Notes under the pieces: generated by a model
What the model saw: only the letters and a program-made list of their open reading frames with translations
Told to the model about the DNA's origin: nothing
Databases searched by the model: none
Shown: one piece after another, positions 45,536-59,760 of the stretch
How the letters are laid out: the number at the start of each line of letters is the position of its first letter
Position numbering within the stretch: the stretch's first letter is position 1
DNA from: Laetmonice hystrix
Taxonomy: Eukaryota
Direction of reading: 5' to 3'
NCBI GenBank assembly: GCA_965235115.1
Contig: OZ249436.1
Location: 47,308,001-47,372,000, forward strand
DNA: 64,000 nucleotides
Position numbers and translations under genes: made by a program

Positions 45536-47132
45536 AGGATAAGGTCCTTGGGGTGTCTGAGGACTGGAACGAGGAGTTAAGATAAGTTTTGGGAACGAAT
45601 CTCTGCCATCTCTCTCGACCTGTGGCAGAATCTATTCCACGATTTCTGACTACTCAGGCTCATTCATGTCACGCTTCAAATATGTATGCTAATTACCACG
45701 GCGATTTCCTAATTGGATTAAACGTCCGTAAATTCTCTCCCTCGAGCAATGTAAACATGAAAATAAACCGGGAGTAATGTTGAATGCCTGAACAGCTGCG
45801 GAGTCTCATTGCTGATGTCAAAAACGTTTAAATGTTAAATTTGGTCCAAATTCAATAAATGGACATAAAACACATCCATGAATAATATTCAGATTGAAAT
45901 GCCAAATTTTCAAGCAATGCCAGTCATAATTCATAACTTCTTAGAAGCGTTTGTTTTTACGCTTTTTTCTTTGAAAATATTCCCCTAGATGTTGATTGTG
46001 GGGCTCCCTTACCAAGGTAATGTGTCTACCTTGTCATTTCTGGCTGAACCTTACAACACGTAATCTAATGTTAGGAAGGAGCTTTGAGAGGATTATGTTC
46101 AATATCCGTTAGGGGGCGCCTCTCACATCCGGGCTGAGTGTGATGAGGTAGGCCGACCGGAGGGATCAGTGACACGTGGTCAGAGCCAAGTGACACGTGG
46201 TCTGAGCCAAGTGACACGTGCTTTGAGGTTAGTGACATGTAAGCCGAGCAAAGACCAGCCAGCGGTGGCCACGCCAATTTACATGTCTGGACAGGTTAGT
46301 CTCAGACAGCGCACCTTTCAGCCTCCGCCAGACTTGTAAAGCAGGGACATCAATGATTAGTTGGACGCCACCGGTGGTGGGGCTTAGGTTTAGAATGCTG
46401 ATGGTTCCGTGAAAGGGACACAGAGTCCTACTGGGAGACCATCGTGTTAATAAATATCGCAGATACTGACATTTCGGGTCGGTGGGTTTCTGGAAGTGAC
46501 AGGGAGTTGAAAGACTTGACGGGCTGAGAGCAGGCCCAGTTGTCAGCTCTCCGAACCAAACATATGCATCTCGTCCTCAGGCCGTACAGGGACCTCCAGA
46601 TTGGTCTCCTGCGGCGGGAATCTGCCCGCTGGATTCCCTGGCGGTAAATTCTCTTTCTGACGTTACTGTCAGACACAGCATTCACTCCTCGCTGCCTCCA
46701 CACGACCCACTGGTGTACTTCCACTCACAAAGACATGAAACGAATTCAACACTTTTTCCGCTTAATCACTGTCCTGACGTTTGAAGCTTTCCCGTTTCCT
46801 TTCTTCTTCTGAGAGAGAGAGAGAGCTCAAACATAAAACACAAATAAAGGATACACGGGACCTTCTAATACCGGTACGTCAATTCTCACGGGAGACTAGG
46901 AAATAGAATACCAATGTTTGAAATTCCAAAACCACAATGGTAAATTTCAACGCTTATGTTAGATTTCTGTATACAACACCAACAATGTTCAAGTACAGAT
47001 ACTCTTCCTGAACACATAACGGGAAACGTTTGACGGCAGAGGAACACAGACGGTCCGTTTGGTTGAGACATCGACATGTCCTCTCTCACCAAACACCCTG
47101 CCCCCCTCTTCCCCCTGGCCTGCACCTCCTAG

Positions 47133-47750
47133 GTGACGTGTTAACCATTGTGGCAGTGACGTGTTAACCATTGTGGCAGTGACGTGTTAACCATTGTGGC
47201 AGTGACGTGTTAACCATTGTGGCAGTGACGTGTTAACCATTGTGGCGTGACGTGTTAACCATTGTGGCGTGACGTGTTAACCATTGTGGCAGTGACGTGT
47301 TAACCATTATGGCAGTGACGTGTTAATCATTGTGGCAGTGACGTGTTAACCATTGTGGCAGTGACGTGTTAACCATTGTGGCAGTGACGTGTTAACCATT
47401 GTGACAGTGACGTGTTAACCATTGTGGCAGTGACGTGTTAACCATTGTGGCAGTGACGTGTTAACCATTGTGGCGTGACGTGTTAACCATTGTGGCGTGA
47501 CGTGTGCAGGCAGTGCACTAGGCGGTGTTCCGGGAGGCTCCCCCCCCCCCTGCCGGCAGTGCACTAAGCGGTGTTCCAGGAGGCTCCCCCCTGCCGGCAG
47601 TGCACTAGGCGGTGTTCCGGGAGCCCCCCCCCCTGCCCCCCTGCCGACAGTGCACTAGACGGTGTTCCGGGAGGCCCCCTGCCGACAGTGCACTAGGCGG
47701 TGTTCCGAGAGCCCCCCCCCCCCCTGCCGGCAGTGCACTAGACGGTGTTC
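47133..47750. repeat. 23-bp minisatellite (~16 copies) followed by a ~42-bp repeat (~6 copies)
   Basis: GTGACGTGTTAACCATTGTGGCA, then GGCAGTGCACTAGGCGGTGTTCCGGGAGGC-polyC. Confidence 0.9.
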
Positions 47751-48335
47751 CCAGAGAGCACCTGTTACCTGACCTACTTTCCAGTCGTTAATTGCCACAG
47801 TGATGGAGTGACAGCAGGTACCAGCTCCACCCCAACACAACACCGCTTGTTTACCCGTCTGTGTCCACGCCACACTTGACTGCACAATCGATACAGTCCA
47901 ATTCATCACTGCTCGTGACAAAATTGCTGATAGATGAACCATGCAGGCCGGTCTATCTGACAATCAATACCACAGTTTACTACCGGCAAGCTTGGCTACA
48001 TCCGTCAAGTTGGTGAGACTGGAGTGGGGCGATTCGTTAAGATATCGTACCAGCCAGGCAGTGAGGAACTCGGCTTGACCTCCTGTCTCTCACTCAGTAA
48101 GTGATAATTATTGGCACACCGCACATAACCATGGAAATAAATTACGAAATACGACGTTGACGTTGTACAACCGCCGAAAAGTTTCCATAATCTGGGACGC
48201 AGGACACTTGTCTAGTTTGGTCACTATAATCGGATCAAATCGCTGCCAAAGGCGACATGCCGTAATTCTGTCGTGCACAAAGTTATCAAAGTGTGCGGAG
48301 TGAATGAAGAGGGCATGACAGAAGGCACACGGATA

Positions 48336-48536
48336 GATAGATGTGAGGTAGGCTGAAAGGTAACGATAGATGTGAGGTAGGCTGAGAGGTAACGATAGAT
48401 GTGAGGTAGGCTGGGAGGTAACGATAGATGTGAGGTAGGCTGAGAGGTAACGATAGATGTGAGGTAGGCTGGGAGGTAACGATAGATGTGAGGTAGGCTG
48501 AGAGGTAACGATAGATGTGAGGTAGGCTGGTAACGG
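48336..48536. repeat. 29-bp minisatellite (~7 copies)
   Basis: Unit GATAGATGTGAGGTAGGCTGAGAGGTAAC. Confidence 0.92.
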
Positions 48537-48785
48537 ATGGTTTTGATAAACCAATATGATTTATGGTATTATTCTGAGGTGGATCGCCTCCCCTGCTAAC
48601 AGGTAGTAGATCTCCACAGACTCTGGGGTACGAAATAAAGCCATCAGTATTCTCCAAACCTAACCCTAAACCCGGTCCTCTAACCACCCCTGCAAACTTA
48701 CCCCTGTACCCCTGACCCTAACCCTTACTCCTCACCCCCAATTTGTTCATAAAGTGGTCAATTTTTGGAGAGACGCTTTACCTAG

Positions 48786-49838
48786 ACTGCGTCCACTGCC
48801 GACACCCGGTGAAACCAGTCCAAGCTCCCCACGCCCTGCAAACCTTCACCGCCACAGCAAAGGTTCCACTGCGTCCACTGCCGACGCCCGGTGAAACCAG
48901 TCCAAGCTCCCCACGCCCTGCAAACCTTCACCGCCACAGCAAAGGTTCCACTGCGTCCACTGCCGACAACCCGGTGAAACCAGTCCAAGCTCCCCACGCC
49001 CTGCAAACCTTCACCGCCACAGCAAAGGTTCCACTGAGTCCACTGCCGACACCCGGTGAAACCAGTCCAAGCTCCCCACGCCCTGCAAACCTTCACCGCC
49101 ACAGCAAAGGTTCCACTGCGTCCACTGCCGACGCCCGGTGAAACCAGTCCAAGCTCCCCACGCCCTGCCAACCTTCACCGCCACAGCAAAGGTTCCACTG
49201 CGTCCACTGCCGACGCCCGGTGAAACCAGTCCAAGCTCCCCATGCCCTGCAAACCTTCACCGCCACAGCAAAGGTTCCACTGCGTCCACTGCCGACACCC
49301 AGTGAAACCAGTCCAAGCTCCCCACGCCCTGCAAACCTTCACCGCCACAGCAAAGGTTCCACTCCGTCCACTGCCGACACCCGGTGAAACCAGTCCAAGC
49401 TCCCCACGCAAACCTTCACCGCCCCAGCAAAGGTTCCACTGCGTCCACTGCCGACGCCCGGTGAAACCAGTCCAAGCTCCCCACGCCCTGCAAACCTTCA
49501 CCGCCACAGCAAAGGTTCCACTGCGTCCACTGCCGACACCCGGTGAAACCAGTCCAAGCTCCCCACGCCCTGCAAACCTTCACCGCCACAGCAAAGGTTC
49601 CACTGCGTCCACTGCCGACACCCGGTGAAACCAGTCCAAGCTCCCCACGCAAACCTTCACCGCCACAGCAAAGGTTCCACTTCGTCCACTGCCGACAACC
49701 CGGTGAAACCAGTCCAAGCTCCCCACGCCCTGCAAACCTTCACCGCCACAGCAAAGGTTCCACTGAGTCCAGTGCCGACACCCGGTGAAACCAGTCCAAG
49801 CTCCCCACGCAAACCTTCACCGCCACAGCAACGGTTCC
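48786..49838. repeat. 82-bp minisatellite (~13 copies)
   Basis: Unit GTCCACTGCCGACACCCGGTGAAACCAGTCCAAGCTCCCCACGCCCTGCAAACCTTCACCGCCACAGCAAAGGTTCCACTGC. Confidence 0.95.
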
Positions 49839-50605
49839 AATCAAATCTCATATATTCACTGTTATCTTTTACCAATACACCATCATTGCCTCTTCATTCC
49901 ACACCAATAAAGACATGGCTAAACCCAATCTCATGGCTTACCGACGGTTGGCAAAAGCTAATAGTATTTACTTCTACTTCTTGCCACGTTAGAGGATTTT
50001 TATTACAGAAACATTTTTCGTGAAATTATCATGGCTCACTAGATTATTGGTCGTACCTGATCTGTAACGTCACCAGAAACCTATAAATCCTGATGTATCG
50101 GATCTTATTACGAGAAATACATCTTTACAAATAAGACAATCTTCACCATTTTGAAGACGTGTCTTGCAAACGGAATAGGATGTCCTGTCTGTCCATAAAT
50201 ATAAAATACCCTCCCCCAAATATTTTCAAAAATGAGTCCTGTAAAACTAGAAATTAATTTTAACTGGCCTAAACCACAAACAACATAATCCTGTTACATC
50301 CCTCCAGAACGACCTGCCATGGCGGCCTGTTTCACACGGAGATTATGGAGTCCATGGATAATACATACCATACATACAAAAATATCCTGAGTGCTTCCAT
50401 TACTGATCGTTTCACAGCGCCGTCACAGTGGGTAATTTCTAATATCCATGGGATATGGTTCGCAATTATCTTAAATACATGAGCTGTAATTTGATGGGAT
50501 CTAATGAGATGAGGCCTTCCATCCATACAAAAAGGTACGATGTACTGTATCGAACCTCAGTACTGATCCATCTAGCCCGACTATACACTCCACGACAGGA
50601 CACGA

Positions 50606-51565
50606 TATAATGGTAAAATGGGTGTAAAATGCCATATCGTACAATCTGCTGATGTAATTATTACTTCTCAATAATATAATATAATGGTAAACTGGGTGTA
50701 AAATGTCATATCGTACAATCTGCTAATGTAATTATTACTTCTCAATAATATAATATAATGGTAAAATGGGTGTAAAATGTCATATCGTACAATCTGCTGA
50801 TGTAATTATTACTTCTCAATAATATAATATAATGGTAAAATGGGTGTAAAATGTCATATCGTACAATCTGCTGATGTAATTATCACTTCTCAATAATATA
50901 ATATAATGGTAAAATGGGTGTAAAATGTCATAGCGTACAATCTGCTGATGTAATTATCACTTCTCAATAATATAATATAATGGTAAAATGGGTGTAAAAA
51001 GTCATATCGTACAATCTGCTGATGTAATTATCACTTCTCAATAATATAATATAATGGTAAAATGGGTGTAAAATGTCATATCGTACAATCTGCTGATGTA
51101 ATTATCACTTCTCAATAATATAATATAATGGTAAAATGGGTGTAAAATGTCATATCGTACAATCTGCTGATGTAATTATCACTTCTCAATAATATAATAT
51201 AATGGTAAAATGGGTGTAAAAAGTCATATCGTACAATCTGCTGATGTAATTATCACTTCTCAATAATATAATATAATGGTAAAATGGGTGTAAAAAGTCA
51301 TATCGTACAATCTGCTGATGTAATTATCACTTCTCAATAATATAATATAATGGTAAAATGGGTGTAAAATGTCATATCGTACAATCTGCTGATGTAATTA
51401 TCACTTCTCAATAATATAATATAATGGTAAAATGGGTGTAAAATGTCATATCGTACAATCTGCTGATGTAATTATCACTTCTCAATAATATAATATAATG
51501 GTAAAATGGGTGTAAAATGTCATATCGTACAATCTGCTGATGTAATTATCACTTCTCAATAATAT
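50606..51565. repeat. 74-bp AT-rich minisatellite (~13 copies)
   Basis: Unit ATGGTAAAATGGGTGTAAAATGTCATATCGTACAATCTGCTGATGTAATTATCACTTCTCAATAATATAATATA. Confidence 0.95.
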
Positions 51566-51654
51566 CATTTATTCAATATTCAATTATTCACGACTGAGGT
51601 TTCCTGCAGTCCAGTTTATTTTATTTGGGGGAGACTAAAAATCAACAGGTGTGA

Positions 51655-51792
51655 CTGGTGGAGAAAACTACCCGGCAAAAGTACCCGGCAAAAACCTTAC
51701 AAGACCTTACACGGGGTAACTGACAAACCTTCTTATATATACACAGCTCGAACCCTGAGTGGTGGCCAGCCAATTGCGTAGACCTCTAACCC
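51655..51792 (-). mobile_element. Degenerate tRNA-derived SINE with V-domain-like core
   Basis: Minus strand: B-box-like GGGTTCGAGC, then GGTTTTTGCCGGGTACT...GTTTTCTCCACCA, resembling the V-SINE core GGTTTTCTCCGGGTACTCCGGTTTCCTCC. Confidence 0.45.
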
Positions 51793-52349
51793 ACCCACCC
51801 ACCTACCCATTCCGCCGAATATGATACGATAACTTCTGTTTTTCAAACGTTGACCCTGGTCCCACTATCTGATTAAATACTTGGCCAACCCTATTTATAA
51901 CCACATTGGGTATACAATGTTGGATGTATAACGGGTTCGCTGATACAAGTATTCACATCCAGAGACCGCTGACCATCCCCCAGGCCAAGTGATATCTCCG
52001 GCCTCAGGCAGAACTTATAATGACCAGGTATAATGGAGGTTGGGACAATCATCCAATGATACCGACCACTCACTATGATCAAAGAGTCGTTGCTAGGCGA
52101 CCTGTAATCACGGAGTCACGAGACGAGATCTTGGAGACAGCCATTAGTAGGATGCTCTCATATCATCTCAAACCTAATCCTCACGACCTACGTCACTCTG
52201 GGATTACACTGAGTGTTTACGACTCGGACAGATTGACACAGCCTTTGATTATAGCGTGGGTACAGCCGCTACCAGTCATACAACTCTCGCTGGGGACCCA
52301 AGCTGGGCTCTGTCGGAGGTCAATTACCTGCTCAAAAATTAGGTCAATA

Positions 52350-53078
52350 ATCAATAATCAGGACAATCGCCTGGTCAATAATCACGATAATTGCCTGCCC
52401 AATAATCAGGGAAATTGCCTGCCCAATAATCAGGGAAATTATCTGCCTAATAATCAGGTCAATTAATTGTCCAATAATCAGGGAAGTTACCTGCCTAATA
52501 ATCAGGGAAATTACCTGCCCAATGATCAGGTCAATTACCTGTCCAATAATCCAGACAATTGCCTGCCCAATAATCAGGTCAATTGCCTGCCCAATAATCA
52601 GGTCAATTGCCTGCCCAATAATCAGGTCAATTGCCTGCCCAATAATCAGGTCAATTGCCTGCCCAATAATCAGGGAAATTGCCTGCCCAATAATCAGGGA
52701 AATTGCCTGCCCAATAATCAGGGAAATTGCCTGCCCAATAATCAGGGAAATTGCCTGCCCAATAATTAGGTAAATTACCTGCCCAATAATCAGGTCGATT
52801 ACCTGCCCAATAATCAGGGAAATTGCCTGCCCAATAATCAGGGAAATTGCCTGCCCAATAATCAGGTCAATTGCCTGCCCAATAATCAGGGAAATTGCCT
52901 GCCCAATAATCAGGGAAATTGCCTGCCCAATAATTAGGTAAATTACCTGCCCAATAATCAGGTCGATTACCTGCCCAATAATCAGAGAAATTGCCTGACC
53001 AATAATCAGAGAAATTGCCTGCCCAATAATTAGGTAAATTACCTGCCCAATAATCAGGTCGATTACCTGCCCAATCAG
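52350..53078. repeat. 24-bp minisatellite (~30 copies)
   Basis: Unit AATTGCCTGCCCAATAATCAGG(GA/TC). Confidence 0.94.
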
Positions 53079-53168
53079 GTTATATTTAGGTCACGATGCA
53101 AGATGACAGAAGAAGAAACATTTCGTAAGAGATTGGCAGAGAGTTTTCCAGTTTTGAATACGCAGCCT

Positions 53169-54208
53169 CAAAGTACCAATCCCATATACTACTCGGGGTC
53201 GTAAATCATGTCTGGGCCTGCATTGTGGTCCTAGCTGTATAGTAACGATCGTATCGAGACACCGCCCCAAAGTACCATTCCCATATACTACTCAGGGCCG
53301 TCTGGGGCCTGCATTGTGGTCCTAGCTGTATAGTAACGATCGTATCGAGATACCGCGCCAAAGTACCATTTCCATATACTACTCAGGGCCGTCTAGGGCC
53401 TGCATTGTGGTCCTAGCTGTATAGTAACGATCGTATCGAGACACCGCCCCAAAGTACCATTCCCATATACTACTCAGGGCCGTCTGGGGCCTGCATTGTG
53501 GTCCTAGCTGTATAGTAACGATCATATCGCGCCAAAGTACCATTCCCATATACTACTCAGGGCCGTCTTGGGCTTGCATTGTGGTCCTAGCTGTATAGTA
53601 ACGATCGTATCGAGACACCGCGCCAAAGTACCATTCCCATATACTACTCAGGGCCGTCTTGGGCCTGCATTGTGGTCCTAGCTGTATAGTAACGATCGTA
53701 TCGAGACACCGCCCCAAAGTACCATTCCCATATACTACTCAGGGCCGTCTGGGGCCTACATTGTGGTCCTAGCTGTATAGTAACGATCGTATCAAGACAC
53801 CGCCCCAAAGTACCATTCCCATATACTACTCAGGGCCGTCTTGGGCCTGCATTGTGGTCCTAGCTGTATAGTAACGATCGTATCGAGACACCGCCCCAAA
53901 GTACCATTCCCATATACTACTCAGGGCCGTCTGGGACCTGCATTGTGGTCTTAGCTGTATAGTAACGATCGTATCGCGACACTGCGCCAAAGTACCATTC
54001 CCATATACTACTCAGGGCCGTCTGGGGCCTGCATTGTGGTCCTAGCTGTATAGTAATGATCGTATCGCGACACCGCCCCAAATTACCATTCCCATATACT
54101 ACTCAGGGCCGTACACTGTAAATCATACCAGGGGCCTATGGTGAGCCCGTCCGTACAGTAATGATCGTATCGCGACGCCGCGACAGAGTACCGTTTCCAT
54201 ATACTACT
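53169..54208. repeat. ~90-bp minisatellite (~11 copies)
   Basis: Unit CAAAGTACCATTCCCATATACTACTCAGGGCCGTC...GATCGTATCGAGACACCGCCC. Confidence 0.94.
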
Positions 54209-55217
54209 TAAAGTTGTAACTCGTGTACTATAGGCTGTCTCACTCTAAGTAGTATATCGAAATGACCGTATTACCATGCCACCGAAAAGGACTAATACCA
54301 CTACTTGGAACTGAAACCATACAGTGCGCTATGAGCCAGAACTAGTGTATATAACGTATGTGAACAGACACCGTTATTCATTATGACTTATTCCATCGAT
54401 AGTCCTGTTTTGATCGCCTCAGACAACAAATAAAATGAGTTTACAAGCGTTTAATATCGACGTCCTTCACGTGTTTGTTTCTTGTATTATCTGCAATATT
54501 ATTGTGAGGCCAACCAGAATGTACTAACTTGCTAACAGACTATGAAAGCAGAGAAATCTCCCACTTCAGAGAACAGTTAAAATACTGAAGGAATTTGAAC
54601 ACCAAATTATAGCCAAAGTATTTCAACTCGCTAACTTCTAAAGGAAGTGATTAGTGGTCAAATCAGTCGACTGGCATTATCATTCGGTATGATCAAAGAA
54701 TCGGGTGAACAGGCAGATTATAAGAATGGTATCCTTGAAATACGGCACTCGAGTACACAACTTGAAACATAACACTGCATGTGGTGGTTTCTCTCGGCCA
54801 AGGCAGCCACACCAGACTACAGCCTGATGGTTGTTCGTCACGAGACCCATCAAACTACAGGCAGATGATGACAAGGATCATGTACACAGGGTCAGACCTT
54901 CTGGTCTCTATAATCATTCTAACACAACCTATCTGTTATAACATTCTAGTCCTACCGCAAACACATGCACACCGCCTTCCCGTGTACAGAGTGGAAACTG
55001 GCTTCTATAAAAACAACCTACAGGTAAACTTGGCAAGGTTTTTAACTGTTTCCAATCATCGTCTAATGTAGTATACTACTATTTGGTAAAGTTTCGTCTA
55101 GTGTATACTATTTGGTAAAGTTTCGTCTAGTGTGGTATATTACTATTTGGTAAATTTTCAAGGCTCATCTACATCATGTTTCGGATATTAAAAAAATGAG
55201 AAGACCCTTTGATACTG

Positions 55218-55350
55218 AATCTGAGTATGACTGCCAAGGTTCTTAATCTGAGTATGACTGCCAAGGTTCTTAATCTGAGTATGACTGCCAAGGTTCTTAA
55301 TCTGAGTATGACTGCCAAGGTTCTTAATCTGAGTATGACTGCCAAGGTTC
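55218..55350. repeat. 27-bp minisatellite (5 copies)
   Basis: Unit AATCTGAGTATGACTGCCAAGGTTCTT. Confidence 0.9.
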
Positions 55351-55559
55351 ACCTTCGGCAACACGGCCACTGCCGTGAGTCTGACCTTTGACCTCACTGA
55401 CACGTAAACGACGACCCCGGAAACTAATAATAACACAACTAAATTTACAGTTAAGCAAGAATTTCAGTTTTGGAAAACAGGCCTGGAACACTCGGGTCTA
55501 CAATCCGCCCGTATTGTTTTGTGCTTCTTCAGTTGGCACCTCCGCATTAATCTTCATTA

Positions 55560-56040
55560 GGGGCCCCGCCCCCGCCCCACCCCACACCTGTCCCCGTCCC
55601 CACCCCTGCCCCCGCCCTGGCCTCCGCCCCCGCCCCCGCCCCGGGTGGCCACAATCAGTGGCTGATCGGGCAAAAATTACCGACCTGATTGCCATTCAGC
55701 TGCACGCCTTGTGCCGACTCTCACAACCTCCTAAAGTAGCACCTAATGGAGGTAAGAAACCGGCCCCTGACAGCACCCCTTTCAATCATGGATATTACAG
55801 GAATAAGCTATAACCATGAATGATGAACCGGACTGCCACCCAGACAGCTCAGATATTACTAGCCATGAAACAAGACCGATTCAACTTGACCTCCTCCAAT
55901 TGGAAATCCCCGGACCTGTTGGCCCGCCTGCTGAGCGTGTAAATACGAGTGTTCTGATTGGTTGGCGTCAGCAGCGGGCCACCCAGGCCGAGGCTGCCAC
56001 GGGTCCAATCAGAGACCCGTCATCTGTCACGTGATGCCCC
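55560..56040. promoter_or_regulatory. Candidate promoter or enhancer motif cluster
   Basis: Several CCCCGCCC GC boxes (55563-55642), opposed CCAAT boxes (~55957, ~56005), TGGCGTCA and TCACGTGA. Confidence 0.3.
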
Positions 56041-56696
56041 ACCTACAGGTGCTGCCCTCTGCTGTCTCCCTCTAACACATCAGATAATACGGCTCTCCGG
56101 TCGACATCGCCTCAATTGGCAGGGTAGCAACAGAGAAGGTAGAACCACTTCCATCCGCTGGTCTTTTTTATTTCTATGAAACAGATCGTTTTTAGGTTGG
56201 CCTAATGTCAGTCGCTGATAACAAGTCTGACATCTGTGTAAACAGCACCCGGCGCCAGGTAACCGGGCTCTACATGTGTGACGGTCGCTTTGGAGGAGTT
56301 AAAATGTCTGTTTTATTTGGCCTCAACGACCACCCTGACGGTCTTTGACCTCCAGCGGGTCAGACAGACGCGTCGCTCATGCTACGACGTACCTGCCGCT
56401 TCCTGTCTCCTGTATGCTATCCACAGTGCCCCCTCCCACCGCCTCAAGCCAAGAGTTACACCTGATGAAATTACTCCATTAACAATATTGCAGGTCTCCG
56501 CCAAATACGACCTGCGTTCGCTGTCATTGAGAGATATGTGCCGACCACTCTCTGACTACGGTATAAAGTCAGGATGGTTCCTGAATCGTACCTGTCCCAG
56601 TTCAATTACGTCCTCTTTTCAAACAATAGTATGAATCCAATGATTCTCTTTCCAAGGACTTTTGTAATAATCCCCACATTCTGGGGACCCAGCTTA

Positions 56697-56913
56697 TGTA
56701 CCGGTGGGTTCCACCTGGGCGGACAGGTGGATACTTCCCATGTACCGGTGGGTTCCACCTGGGCGGACAGTTGGATACTTCCCATGTACCGGTGGGTTCC
56801 ACCTGGGTGGACAAGTGGATACTTCCCATGTACCGGTGGGTTCCACCTGGGCGGACAGGTGGATACTTCCCATGTACCGGTGGGTTCCACCTGGGCGGAC
56901 AGGTGGATACTTC
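56697..56913. repeat. 44-bp minisatellite (5 copies)
   Basis: Unit ATGTACCGGTGGGTTCCACCTGGGCGGACAGGTGGATACTTCCC. Confidence 0.92.
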
Positions 56914-57168
56914 TGCTGATGAAGCTGTATTTGAGGTCTGTCTGTGTGGCGGAGATCACTAAGTGCTTCCCTTCAGCCTGCCTTTGTTTCAGATCGGTAC
57001 GTGATTTCATTACGGTACCTTCGAAAGAACTGTGTGAGGGGAGCGAGTGAGGCTTGCTTGTCTGGCTCGGCATCAGGCATGTAGCCAGGCAGCCGCCCCT
57101 CTGTCAATAAATCTCATACACGATCTTACGCCCAGACTTATTTCTTCCAGACTGTGTCGTCTTTTTTC

Positions 57169-57616
57169 ACATCCACCAAGTAGTGTGTGGGGCTTTCTTC
57201 ACCATTCTCCAAGTAGTGTGTGAAGCTTTCTTTAACATCCACCAAGTAGTGTGTGGGGCTTTCTTTGACATCCACCAAGTAGTGTGTGGAGTTTACAATG
57301 ACATTCACCAAGTAGTCTGTGGAGCTTACAATGACATCCACCAAGTAGTATGTGGAGCTTACAATGAAATCCACCAAGTAGTATGTGGAGCTTACAATGA
57401 CATTCACCAAGTAGTCTGTGGAGCTTACAATGACATCCATCAAGTAGTGTGTGGAGCTTATAATGACATCCACCAAGTAGTGTGTGGAGCTTACAATGAC
57501 ATCCATCAAGTAGTGTGTGGAGCTTACAATGACATCCACCAAGTAGTATGTGGAGCTTACAATGACATCCACCAAGTAGTGTGTGGAGCTTACACTGACA
57601 TCCACCAAGTAGTGTG
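57169..57616. repeat. 33-bp minisatellite (~13 copies)
   Basis: Unit CATCCACCAAGTAGTGTGTGGAGCTTACAATGA. Confidence 0.92.
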
Positions 57617-59299
57617 CTGATCGCAGCAGACCCGTGAAGTGTTTGAGACTATCGAATAAGTCTGTACACTGCCACAGGTAACAGAGATTCGTATCGCGTA
57701 TCTTACATTTAGACACTCAAATGGATGTTCTCGATCTCTCCACGGTGTATGGCATTCAACTTTCCATTTCCGGTGTGAAATAAAGCGATTTCATATTTTA
57801 AAGCAGAGGTAAAATACGTAACATAATAATAATACCCGTACCTATGAAATTACCACCTGACCGCTGGCAAACATGCTGCAGATCAAATCCTATGTTTATA
57901 GGATTGAATTCGTAGTATTAGCGAGCGTGTGCACGAAAATCAGATCGACATCAGATTGAGCTCTGTGTTGGTTCTCACACTACGAAACTCTTCTCAGCGC
58001 CAAACACCAACTACTCACTCACTCATTCCCAATGCAGATATATCAACATTACGGAAAAAGACTATAGTCTTTTGTCTGTCATGGACAAGATATGGAATCA
58101 GGTATATGTTTAGAATGTCTATTGTTCAATCTTTACCTCCGCTTTAAGTTACTTTCATTCCCATTCTCCGACTCCCATATTTCAGTAGATCCTCTATAAT
58201 CCCTAGCTTTGCCAGACCAAGTTTGGTTTTTGTAATGTGATATAATTCTGGTGTCTACCAATGAACATAAAGACTCTCCAAAACATTCAGTAAGCCATAG
58301 AGCCTGGAACAGCGATCGAATAATAACGGTATATTGGGTATAACAAAATATACCCGGCATGAGTAACAAAGTACTGTAGTCATGTCAGTCGGCTGCCTCA
58401 TTACATTGAGTGCTGGAGGGTCTTGTTACCGTTAGGAAAAAAATAAATGGAAAATCATAACGTGCAATTTCCATCAGTACTTTTTACCATGATGGGAGGG
58501 CGTTTTCTTGGTACTATTGTGAAAAAATGAATGGAAAATGATAAAGTGCAACGCTCATACGTGGTTTTCCCGTAACCTTTAGAATGGAGTCGTTTTATAG
58601 CTATGCTTACTCACTGTGATCGTTTTATTTCGAACCAGTTCGTGTGGAATCACCCAAATATTGCCTCCTCTGGAAGAAGACAGACAAAAATGGCGCCGTT
58701 ACCTGGCGAACAACCCACGCTGTTTATAGGCCAAACCTTGCATTACATCCTGAAAGGTCGCGCCACACTAATAGAGGACCAACGAGATACGATGGCCAGG
58801 TATTAGGGACAGAGAGAGACAGAAAAAGTACCGCTTCCAGCGAAAATATGGCTGGCATCAATGGCCACTTACCGTGCGCTTGCAGGAAAGCAATGATGGA
58901 ATTTATCGAGGCATTCTCCCTACTCAATGTTTTTCTTTTTCCCTTTCTGAAAACACCGACAACTGCTATCCTGTCGCAAACTGGCAGCTGGGGCAGTTTC
59001 TCCTTTACAAAGGCGGCCCCGCCTCTGGGTTCCCGAATTGGGAAAGGTCAACACGCGAACAGGGTGGCTGCTCGTGGTTAGAGAGACTTTTAAATGTGGC
59101 ATTCTCTTTGTCTTCTGGGTATGCTGCTACTCACGAAGCGTGCTGCCGGGCGGTTAGTCGGACTCAAAGAAAGTCAAAACCTTACTTAATTAAGTCACTG
59201 ACCCCTTCGGAAAGTGGTTCTGACACGCAAAGACATTGTAATATTATATGGCGTAAGATTAGTACATTGCCAAATTAACTATCGTTACTTAATAAACAT

Positions 59300-59760
59300 T
59301 ATATAAATATACACCCAGCTGTAGGCGCAGGCTTCCATCTAATACTATATAAATGTACACCCAGCTGTAGGCGCAGGCTTCCATCTAATACTATATAAAT
59401 GTACACCCAGCTGTAGGCGCAGGCTTCCATCTAATACTATATAAATATACACCCAGCTGTAGGCGTAGGCTTCCATCTAATACTATATAAATATACACCC
59501 AGCTGTAGGCGCAGGCTTCCATCTAATACTATATAAATATACACCCAGCTGTAGGCGCAGGCTTCCATCTAATACTATATAAATATACACCCAGCTGTAG
59601 GCGCAGGCTTCCATCTAATACTATATAAATATACACCCAGCTGTAGGCGCAGGCTTCCATCTAATACTATATAAATATACACCCAGCTGTAGGCGCAGGC
59701 TTCCATCTAATACTATATAAATATACACCCAGCTGTAGGCGCAGGCTTCCATCTAATACT
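59300..59760. repeat. 46-bp minisatellite (10 copies)
   Basis: Unit TATATAAATATACACCCAGCTGTAGGCGCAGGCTTCCATCTAATAC. Confidence 0.94.

Noticed and set aside
25800..57716. Long low-complexity ORFs (26917-27927, 43873-44571, 48743-50023, 57138-57716 and similar)
   Set aside because: Open frames come from stop-free repeat units, often on both strands; only the embedded APBA exon segments are supported.
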